A DNA stretch of 64,000 nucleotides from Amoebidium appalachense. Lineage: Eukaryota; Protista; Ichthyosporea. Position 1 is the first letter of the stretch, and every line of letters begins with the position of its first letter. Both the position numbers and the translations under genes were made by a program. The notes beneath the pieces are model-generated. The model was not told where the DNA came from, searched no databases, and saw only the letters and a list, made by a program, of their open reading frames with translations. The DNA lies in contig CAVNZM010000009.1 of the NCBI GenBank assembly GCA_963693365.1, positions 9,696,081-9,760,080 on the forward strand, read 5' to 3'. Below are positions 39,128 to 50,652 of this stretch, piece by piece.

Positions 39128-40052
39128 TGTTAAATTATATAAGTATTTGGTACGGAAGCAGAGACACAGTGGTGCAGTGTGAAAACACCACAGACACACA
39201 CAACAACAAAACACGGAACGATCGGAGCAGTGTACACAACAGACATCAATGTTTAGACACGACTGAACTGAATTTATTCTGATCTTCGAATAAATACCTG
39301 AAATTCCTCTAAGTCCAATCCTTACATGATTTCCGACCAGTCGGAAATCAGATCTATCTCTAATAGAAACCAATCACTAAGAACCAATTGCTTTCAGAGA
39401 GATCCGGTACGCGGAGACGTACACGATAGGACACAGACACTAGTTAAGATCAACTCGTGTCATCATCAAGGAAGTTCTAACCTATGACATACTGCAAAGA
39501 CTCAGACATATCACAATTAACCTTGATGATTGGTTAAAGCCCGGCAACACATGAAAACTAAAGTGAATTAATGAAGTCTAAACACACATGCTATTCTAAG
39601 TGTAGCCTAAGTGTGTTACCGTCCAATGAACACGTATTAAGTAACACAAATCTACCTAACATATATTAGTAGAAAAGAAATACGATTATACACATGAAGA
39701 CAAGGAGAGAAAGAAAAGAAAATAAGGAAGGAGAAAGAGGAAGGAAAAGAGAGCACAGATCAACAAACAAGATAGTAATAGCATAATTATAACCAGAGAT
39801 ATTTATGTACACACGAACATGTACACGTCTCTCCCTGAGTGGGTGGATCCGTGTACACACATATAAATATTCTAATCGATATTACAACACACGATTAAAG
39901 CCGATACAACACGATTACAAGTATACAAGCATATCGGAGATCGATGCTACACTTTACATAATAGGAGTGTGGCATATACACTAAGCATATGAACTGAAAC
40001 ATAACACAAACTGAGAAGATCTTACCATATGTAAATACTACGTATTACAACA
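39128..40052 (-). mobile_element. Solo Copia LTR, diverged subfamily of family B
   Basis: Same termini as family B, perfect TSD CGACG (39123-39127, 40053-40057), middle diverged. Confidence 0.93.
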
Positions 40053-40057
40053 CGACG

Positions 40058-40670
40058 TGTGTGAATGTTCCTGCCCCCATATTGGGCACCCCCCACCTCC
40101 CCCACAACCTATAACGTGCATTTTATGCTTGCCCCATATCCCCTTCACACCCATACCCAGTGTTTTGGTACTGACATGATCCTCGCAAACAGTCCTTTTT
40201 TTCTCGTAAATATTGGTATATCTCGTGCCCGGTTTGTCCAAAACCAACGGGAACGGGTGCAAAAGATGCCCCAGGGCATGGCCCTGCTTTTTGCAAAATG
40301 GTGTTGTCCCCCAATGAATCCCCACACATCTATTAACGGTCGGGTGGACCCCCCTTGCCCCCACTATATATATTTTACGCAAAAATCGACAATTTCGGCT
40401 ATCTAAACAGGCTTACCCCGTTGTGTGTGAGTGTTCCTGCCCCAATATTCGGCACCCCACACATCCCCTACAACCCTAAACGTGCATTTTATCCTTGTCC
40501 CACACCTCCTTCACACCCATACCCAGTGGTTTTGGTGCATACATGTGTAGCGCAAAAGCACCCTTTTTCACGTAATTCTTGTTATATCACAGGCCCGGTG
40601 TGTCCAAAACCAACGGGAACGGGTGCAAAGGATGCCCCAGGGCATGGCCCTGCTTTGTGCAAAATGGTGT
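40058..40670. repeat. Diverged direct duplication (~40058-40305 vs ~40424-40670) in a Plavaka intron
   Basis: Shared tgttcctgcccc, cacacccatacccagtg, ccaacgggaacgggtgcaaa.gatgccccagggcatggccctgc blocks. Confidence 0.75.
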
Positions 40671-41670
40671 TACCTTAAGGGCCTCTCTCATGATCCAGTC
40701 GCCGTCCATGACACTTGTATACACACGTTTTCCTTCTGCATCCGTGGGGAACTCAACCTTGTACGAGATTGCACCTTTCCCCTGCAGAGACGGATGCAGC
40801 AGAATACGTTGCAGACAGTCGTCCAGGGGTCGCCACATGATTTCCGTTTTGTTAACTCCAGGTAGAGACAGGTCCACCTCCATTCGGGAGAAAGGCTGTA
40901 TGTGTGTGTGTTCAAGTATGGTGGTGGTGGTGTTGGGGGGGGGGGAGGGGAGGGGGGGGGGATGGGGGGGAGGGGGTGGGGGGGGGGGGGGGGGTAAGTA
41001 AGACGACAGAGAGCTTGCATTTGATATCAACAGCAATGCATGTATATGATGCAGAACCGTACCCCGTAGGGTTCGGAATACGAAAGTTTAACAGTGTGGT
41101 GGGCTCTGTGGTATGGTAAACGAGAGACCCTGGAGAGGGGGAGGGGGGGGGGGGGGGGGGGGCTAATATTATCAAAGAGGCTGGAAATACGGTAACGTAA
41201 TAAGACTATCACAATGTGTGTGAGTGAGGAGGATGTGTGGGGGGGGGGGGGGGGGGGGGGGGGGTTGGAGGGGGGGGGGGGGGGGGGGGCACATGTGGCA
41301 ACATTATAACACATTGAATGCCGGGGGTTACGTGACAGAAGCACATGCATAATACATCATACTTTGATTTTATAATGATGTGCAGCAGCATGCACTTCAT
41401 TGTACAACATCAACTGAGCAATGTAGTTGTAGTACATACCAGACCAGGAATTAGGTCAGCCTTGGCAAGGACCTTGTCCACCTTCTTGGGAAGTAACATG
41501 GACGCATCCAAGAATTCGTCCTGCAAGATCCCCAACAGACAGTTTGCAGCACCGTTGGACACGTGGAAGTCGTGGATGTAGTGGGCCAATTCAGCCTGGA
41601 TGGTGGTGGTGGTGGGGGGGGGGGGGGGGGGGGGGGGGGGGGAGAGGGGGGGGGGGGGAGGGGGGGGGGG

Positions 41671-41707
<37 letters not shown>

Positions 41708-42023
41708 CGGTTATTCGACAAAGTTTGTGGGGGGAATGGTGAATGTGCCCCTGGAGTACGAGGGTCACACGAAAAAAACACAACGTTGTAGCTCGAATAG
41801 AACCCCCCTTGTAGCATAGTATATGTACATGGGGTTTACGCTGTTTACTCGAGGCAAAGAGAACCAGTCTCAGGTATGGGGGGGGGGTTTGCTCAGAATA
41901 TCCCCTCAGCGGTATATCATGATCACGTACATAGATGTCGGGTGGTGACTATATATCAGGGTTTACTTTCTCTACGAGACACCATAAAGACTATAAGGAG
42001 AAATCAATTAGTTGGGGTTCCCC

Positions 42024-42062
<39 letters not shown>

Positions 42063-42094
42063 GGGCTCCCCTCGGGACACTCGGTATCAGCTGG

Positions 42095-42171
<77 letters not shown>

Positions 42172-42369
42172 TGTGTGTGTGTGCGCGTGCGCTATAATTT
42201 TGTAGTGATGTGTTTCTCAAGCCAATCAATACATCTAATAAACAGGTCGTAGTTACGCGTGTTTAGTATAAAATCAAGGATGTTGTAATTTACAGGTAGG
42301 CTATCTTTCTGGGTGTCTGTTGTGAATGTGACGTGTGTGTGTTGCGGTATTATGTGGTCTATCAAACTA

Positions 42370-43375
42370 CATGTGTTACTTACGCATTCTTGGTTTTTTC
42401 AATAACTACCCACAGAACAGCCTCTAGCACGAGAAATTTACCAAAACGTTTGTGGGGGGGATGGTGAATGTGCCCCTGGAGTACGAGGGTCACACGAAAA
42501 AAACACAACGTTGTAGCTCGAATAGAACCCCCCTTGTAGCATAGTATATGTACATGTGTTACTTACGCATTCTTGGTTTTTTCAATAACTACCCACAGAA
42601 CAGCCGCTAGCACGAGAAATTTACCACAACGTTTGTGGGGGGGATGGTGAATGTGCCCTTGGAGTACGAGGGTCACACGAAAAAAACACAACGTTGTAGC
42701 TCGTATAGAACCCCCCTTGTAGCATAGTACATGTACATATGTTACTTACACATTCTTGGTTTTTTCAATAACTACCCACAGAACAGCCTCTAGCACGAAA
42801 AATTTACCACAAAGTTTGTGGGGGGGATGGTGAATGTGCCCCTGGAGCACGAGGGTCACACCAAAAAAACACAACGTTGTAGCTCGTATAGAACCCCCCT
42901 TGTAGCATAGTATGTGTACATATGTTACCTAGATCTAGACATTATTGGTTTTTCAATAACTACTCACAGAACAGCCTCTAGCACGAGAACTTTACCACAA
43001 CGTTTATGGGGGGGATGGTAAATGTGCCCCTGGAGTATGAGGGTCACACGAAAAAAACACAACGTTGTAGCTCGAATAGAACCCCCCCTGTAGCATAGTA
43101 TATGTCCATGTGTTACTTACACATTATTGGTTTTTCAATAACTACCCACAGAACAGCCTCTAGCACGAGAAATTTAGCAAACCGTATATGGGGGGGATGG
43201 TGAATGTGCCCCTGGAGTACGAGGGTCACACGAAAAAAACACAAGGTTGTAGCTCGAATAGAACCCCCCTTGTAGCATAGTATATGTACATATGTTACTT
43301 GCACATTATTGGTTTTTTCAATAACTACCCATAGAACAGCTTCTGGCACGAGAAATTTACCACAAAGTTTATGGG
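42370..43375. repeat. Tandem array of a ~183-bp unit (~5.5 copies) in Plavaka intron 1; partial unit at ~41720-41830
   Basis: The cacagaacag motif recurs at 42411, 42594, 42777, 42965, 43147 and 43330. Confidence 0.95.
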
Positions 43376-43517
43376 CAGTCTATTGGTGTGTGCATTTATT
43401 ATATTTTCAACAGTATAATCATCAACACTGTAGTAGTACAGGACCGACCGACAGCCCCTCCCCCCCCCCCCCCCCCCCGCCCTCCCCCCCCCCCCCCCCC
43501 CCCCCCACACACACACA

Positions 43518-43656
<139 letters not shown>

Positions 43657-44390
43657 ACACACACACACACACAAACGGTTATTGGCTCATACATATTTGT
43701 ACTAATCTGTCGAGCATCGAGAAAGGACCGAGCGCACATACGATTCCTAATCAATGTCTGTACAACGGACGTCACAATCCTACCGTAAAGTGCACGAAGC
43801 ATGCCTCGAGAGGAAGGTGGATTTGTGAAGTGTACGAATCGGAAGGTAATAAGACCACAAACCTCAGCTTTGTTTGCAAAAGGGTAGTTTGGATCCTCCT
43901 TCAGGCACGTGATGAACTCACTGACGCCTTTTATATACGCCTTCTGCCCATCGGGGACGTTTAATGTAGACAGAGGCGAGTCGATGTCATCCTCGAACGC
44001 CACCTGGTGTGCCTGGTGTGCCCGCACCTTGTCCCTCATTTCCCTGTATGCATTGCCGTCCCTTAAAAACTCCAGGTGGTGTGTACATTCTGGTGGTGTT
44101 GCGTCCTCGTCACCACTATCTGAATTTTCCGCTGTGTCCTCCCCGCTATCACCGCCCGGCAGGTCGTCGGCTTCGGCGTCATCCTCACCCTCTTCCATAC
44201 CGCTAGCGGGGCCATCACGCTGCATGTCATCATTCTGCTGCGCCCGTGCTGTGCTGCGTGTACGCCGCTGGTCAGTTGCACGTTCCAAGAGCATGGTCTC
44301 CGCAGAAACTTGGTGAGCAAACGAGCGGTGGGATTCCATTGCCCCGCGGTTCGCGAACAGCATGGCGCATCCCGGACAGATAACCCTCAT

Positions 44391-45355
44391 TTTCCACTGC
44401 GTGGGTGCACATGTGTCCTGTGCAAGCAGTTAGTAACCCCTCGTCGACACGTCGGGTGGACGCTGGCAACTGGTGATGTCGCAAACAGATCATTGCCTGT
44501 GCCGATTGGCTCAAAATCATTGTTTTCGCGCCGTCGCACCCACGCCATGGCCATGGTAACAGTGGACTATGCATGGAGTATTGGCTATCATGAGGTATGT
44601 ACCAATATTTATTATTTAATAAATGAAAGAATTTTTATAGTTAGGTATAATTTTTTTTTCAATATAACATTATCTCCTGCTGAAGTTCATTGTTTGACCA
44701 ATTATCACATATAGAGGTACGCCATGTGGGCGCCGTTTCATTGGCCGATGCAACCATTGTACAGTGGTGTGCCTATTTTCATGCATAGTGATATAACAGT
44801 AGTGTTTACATCAGTATTTCCATAATTGAGTATAATAATTTTAATTTTACAGTTGCGCACACGTTTTCTACTATTACTCCTTTGCAACTACGCCTATATA
44901 ATATTTCAGTTATATTTTTGGGTCGCCTCAACGCGCGAAACGGATTGGTTGGGCATCACATGTTCGCGCGGGCGTTGTGTGCGGTACATGTGCTTCGCAA
45001 TACACCATTTAACATGTGGTCACATTATTTACATGATTTTAATACTAATAATATTGTTTTTTATTTACCCGAAACCTTTTTACTTTCTATGTTAATATTA
45101 TTACATATTGTGTCATGTCACACACCCAAAGGCCTCTAAAACGAACCATATTCATTGGCGATACATCACGAAATGAAAATGGCCGGCGGAATTATGCGTG
45201 ATAGTCGCGATCATTGGTTGGCGAGGACCAATGAAACATTTTTACAGATTGGAATGCATCCATCCATTTCATGCACGCTCTGATTGCCATCGAATACGCT
45301 CACGTTGCCCTTTCAAGAGGCCTGTAGAAGCACCGTAGTTTTTGAAGTGGGGAAG
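44391..45355. promoter_or_regulatory. Putative bidirectional promoter between Plavaka and JmjC genes
   Basis: Divergent ATGs at 44390 (-) and 45356 (+). AT-rich spacer with many ATTGG/CCAAT boxes. Confidence 0.5.
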
Positions 45356-48300
45356 ATGACCAAGGGCGTGGGCAGTAAGGCTTCGAGCAAGTCAACCACA
45401 AACAACGGTAGCCGCAAAAGCCCCCGAAAGGCCAGTCAGGGCAGTAGCAACGCCGGCAGCAAAGAGGGCAGTAAAGTGGTTGTGCCCGGTAAGGGTACTG
45501 GGGGTACTGGCCTGAAGGCACCGAAGCCACAGGTGAAGGTACGCAGCAAGGCTGAGCAGAATGCCCAGCGCATCATGCAGGGCATTGACACGACACCTGC
45601 ATCCTACCGGCCGCGCAAAAAAGGTGAGGGGTGCTTACTGTTAGTGTTTGTGACGTACTTGGGTGCCCATATAAGTAGCAGTGTGAAAGCTTTTCCTGTT
45701 CAGTTTACCGTTGTTGCCATGTAGTCGGCATAACACGTTTCGCTGGTCACGTAGAAGATGCGGGTCTCCCAGCAGCAAGCATTCTCGTTTGTGGTTACAA
45801 AGTTTGGTTCGTGCATCCACCATGGCAATACCCACGCATCCTCGAACTTGCCCGCCAAGGCATCCCTGGATTGGCATGCGAGAATCCTTTGCAGCACAAG
45901 TGTTTTCTTCCCCTCTCTGTTTCGTTTCTCATATCACAGGGACTAGCCCCTGAGGTTGTTGTTCAGGGCCCAGGAGACCTTATTCAAACAACACCGCTTG
46001 CACTGCACTATGGGTTTCAGTGCGGGCCAAACGTATCGTTTGCGGTGAACACTGCCACAAAGAAGTGGTTAAACCGCTTGGGAGAATACGAGGCGTGTAG
46101 CTGCTGGGAGCATTTCATGCCCGACGTCCCAAAGATGATTCGTGCGTTTCACTCAGTTCAACAGCACAATTTGCCCGTTGCTTGTGGTGCATTCCCCCCC
46201 CCCCCCCCCCCCCCCCGTCCCGCCCGCACCAGCGCAACCACCTAGTGATAGGGTATTACGGCATGAAAAGTTTACGTTTTGACCTATAGTGTACACGCTG
46301 TGCACCACCGCAACCACTTAGTCATACCGTATTACGACATGAAAAGTTTAGGGGTCGACCCATAGTGTACACTGTGCTTCAAGTTATATTCAGTTTTTGT
46401 TTTGTACACTGTGCGTGTATATGTGTCCTTGCAGGTCATTTACAGTCCCGACTTATGCGATGATGGTGTGTGATTGGTGAATCTTTGTCTGTTTTTGCGT
46501 GCAATGTTTCATAAGCAACCCCTCACCCTCACAACATAGATCCTCCTCCTGAGCCGGACTTCGGCAGCAACAGTTCGGAGAGCGACTATGCGCCCGGGGG
46601 AAGCGAGTCGGAGGAGTCGGAGGAGTCTGAGGAGACGACCCCCAAGGGCGACAACAAGAAGTCCCGCCCCAAGAAGCAGGGCCCGCCGGCGGACGATGCG
46701 GTCCTCAGCGACCCCCTGAGGATGACCTATTACAGGGTCATCCACTCCGAAAGGTATGTGTGTGTGTTTGTTATGTGAATCATGTTGTTGTTATGTATAA
46801 TATGGTGTTGGTAATGTGTTTTGTGTTAACAATGTGTGTGCTTGTTATGTGAATCATGTTTGTGTTATGCCAATATGGTGTTGGTATTGTGTTTTGTGTT
46901 AACACTGTATTACTCTGCCGGCATTTGGTATGGTATGGTTTGGTGAGGTAGTGCCCCCCTGTATTGTCAAGTTGGGCTGTCCTTTTTTTTTTTGGCCTCA
47001 TACACATACACACAGCTCTTGTTACTCTTCTGTCAAGGGATTAGCATATGTCTAGTTTAGTTAGGTTGGGAGCTTCTTAGAAATCCGTATATTAGTTTGC
47101 TTGTTTTGACTTTTGTTTATGTTCGCTTGCTGCTCTTTTATACTCCTTTTCTTTCCCCCCTGCCCCCCCCCCCCCTCCCCCCCCCCAAAAAAAACAAAAA
47201 ACAAAAAACAAAAACAAAAAAACACACACACACACACACACACACACCCACCCCACCACCTCTCACCACCAACATTCACCCACATCAAACCCCCTAATGC
47301 GAAATCTAATAACAATATACCGAACCAGCATACATACATGCACGTGTGGATGGACACACGATCACAAAACATTTCTGGAAACAAAATGTAACCATTAAAA
47401 CCATGAATTTACCACAGATTCGAGTTTCTGCCTGCCGACAAGCGGTTCTCAACCATGAAGGGTATCCCCGACGAGGAGATGCGCCTGGCCCTCAAGGCCC
47501 GCGGCATCGTCATCGACGAGGCCGGCAACCGCAAGACTGGTGCAAGCGGTGGGAAGGCCAGCACCGGCTCGGCCAAGCGCGGGGGGGCAACGTCAGACGA
47601 CGAAGCTCTCACCGGTCCAAACCGTCGACAAACTGGTATGTAAATTGTTGTAACACAAGAGTTTACTTACTGAGAATTTGTTGAAGCCTTGTGGTTCATA
47701 AAAGTCAACATACATCATGCCGACCTCTTAGGAATCCTCGTAATGTCCGTGCGGTCCCTGGCAATAGATCCTTATATGATATCATCTCGAGTATTTTCTG
47801 ACATTCCATGAATGTCTTAATTGGGTTGACGACATCTTATGAATCCTCGTAATATCTGTACGATCCCTCCAATAGATCCTTATATGACATCGTCTCGAGT
47901 ATTTTTTGACATTCCAATAATATCTTAACTGGGTCAGCGACATTAAATTCATCATATACATTAATCGTATAATATCGAAGGTGCCTTGTCTTGTTTTGTG
48001 TTAACACACCATCACCCCATGCATCCAAGGGGAAATTGTGTGTACCCTGTGTTGGATAACGGCAGTAAGCACACAACATACGGTGTGCGACAAACTTACA
48101 CCAATATGATTTGCCCTATGCAGTTCGAATTCACCGAGGGGCTGTCCAAGTCCCATCCCATCTTTCAAGTGATGGCGATGAAGTTCCCGTTCTCCAACGA
48201 GGGCCAGAGCAACATCCCCGTGTGCAACGCGTTCCTGGAGTGCATCAACCTGACGAACCGGAGCTTGTACGCCACCCTGTCGGGGGAGGGTATCGAAGAC

Positions 48301-50148
48301 TGGGTTCAGCTGCTGAGCAGGTGCGCCAGGGGCTCCCGGGCCCAGAAAGTTGTCTCCATCATCCGTGCAGGGCTCACCGCGTGCAAGTCAGAGGTGAACC
48401 GGGGCATGCACACCGCCATGCGCAGCTACATTGTGCCAGGGACAAACCAAGATGTATGTGATGACTTTTTTCCCACACCGTCTGCATGTCGTGAATCTGC
48501 TTGGGTTTTGCTCATGGCTGAATCATCTTGCAATTCATGATCGATATGTTGGCAGCTTGATGATTGTGTCTTCAAATGACAAAGGGTAACAATAAAGACA
48601 GGTTTTTTCATACGGGTTTGCATACAAACTGCAACAGGTGCCGTGAGACTCACAACTAATCCCCCCCCCCCCCCCCCCCTCCCCCCCCCCCACAAACACA
48701 CAATACACATACACACACCTGCACACACAGGCACATTTACATGTAACACGCACACACACGCACACACACACTCTCACACACGATGCACATGTTACACAGC
48801 ACTATAGTGGTTTTAATTTGCACTTCCACAAACACATTAGGGTTTTATTTGTGGAAATTATTGACATAAATATTTTTCTGGGTAAACACGTAGGATGGGT
48901 GTCCGATATCAACAGGCTTCGTTTCATGTTTTAGCAGTTCGCGTTCGGCTGCCCGCATACGGGCACCTATTAGCCGATCAAAGCATCAGATTCCACAGAT
49001 CACTAGACCGAGTTTGATTGGCTCAGGATAAGATTTCACATAACACTAGATCGGTTTTGATTGGCTCAGTTCGGCAGCCTTAGGTATATAAGCACGACAG
49101 TTTTTAGCAGATCAGCAAGCAACAACACATCCTCTGTGTTTAGCACCTACAGCTTTACAGCTATATTTTCTTTTTCTTTTCTTCTCCCTATCTTTCCCTA
49201 CGCCGGTCAGCATGCCGCCGAAAAAGCGCCAGGCCTCAGCCGCCGCCCCTACCGCGGCACCTAAGCGCCTAACCCGCAGCGACCTCCGCCACAGGCTGAC
49301 CAACGCATCACTCGCCTCAGCACCCGATACCCGTGGACCCAGATCCACAACTATGACGTATACGCCCGAACCGTTGCCCACCAACAGGGTCGGGCTCCGA
49401 TCGAGTGTCCCAACCTGCTCGCCCAACTCCACCAGGATCTCCTCCTGCCACCCACTCTGCTCATCCCGGACGCATGTCAGCGTTGCGGCTTCCCCGACCA
49501 CCCCAGCGCGGCCTGCCCCATGTACCCCAAGCCCGGCTGTGGTCTTGATGGTTTCGAGCCCCCCCACAAGCCCGGCGGGGGACAAACCCCCAACCGACCC
49601 GGCCCGCAACCCGGCCCGGCACCACCGGCCCGACCCGTGGATCTACCCGCAACACACTGCAGGAATTTCCACAACGGTCGGTCCTGCGCTAAGCAGCCCT
49701 GCCCCTTCTCCCACGTGTGCCCGCTCTGCTCTGGCACACACCCCCGCAAAGACTGCAAGCACAATGCCTAGTCTACGCGCACACCCACACCCACAGATAG
49801 AACATAGGGGCTAGGAGCTAGGTTACACGGGTCCAAGGACACGGAGCTCGGGAAAAACGGGGCACTAGGGCTGAGTAACATTTTTCGCAGGCCAACTACG
49901 GCGCCCGCGCGCGCCAAGAATAAATGTCCCTACACAAAGACGTTATTCTGGCCACTGCACATAAATTTACTCCCCCCCATCCCACGAGCCTCCCCCCCTT
50001 ACACTCACCTAGCGCTCCCTCCCTTCTTCTAACTCTGTGTACGCCCACACCCGCGCGTGCTCGGGCATCCCCTGCACAGGGCCCCGCTGCCCTCCCTGCA
50101 AACCCTCCCTCGGGCCCAGCTGCCCTACTCTAACCCCCCGGGGCCCTG

Positions 50149-50185
<37 letters not shown>

Positions 50186-50613
50186 ATGCCGGGATCTCCC
50201 CGAGGGTGCCCCACCCTTGCTAACCACCCCTTCCCCCGAGGCTCAGCCCCGGTGGCCCGCCCGCTGCCCCAGCACCACGTTGACACCTCCCGCCTCTGGG
50301 AGCTGCTGGCCCCCCTACCCAGCCCAATCATTCGCCGCGCAGCTCCTCCGTAACCAACTTCCCCGGACCCGACGACTCCGACCTTACCTGCAACCGGAGC
50401 CCTGCCCCTTCCCCTTCTGGGTCCACAAGTTCCTATCCCTTCCCCTGGGCTCACCCCCCCCCCCCCCCCCCCCCAGATCTCCCCTTCCGGAGCAACGCTG
50501 GCCGATTGGCCCCCCACTTTGCTCCGGCCGAGCTGCTTCGTGCCACCACTACCCTGCAGGAATGCCAGGCCCTGAGTCTCAACCTCGACTCTCGGGCCTT
50601 TTACTCCAGGGTA

Positions 50614-50652
<39 letters not shown>

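Noticed and set aside
41060-41129. Possible extra Plavaka exon
   Set aside because: The required phase 0 gives a stop, and the flanking exons join in frame without it.
42370-43375. CRISPR-like appearance of regular repeats
   Set aside because: Whole 183-bp units repeat with no unique spacers. No cas genes, and the context is eukaryotic.
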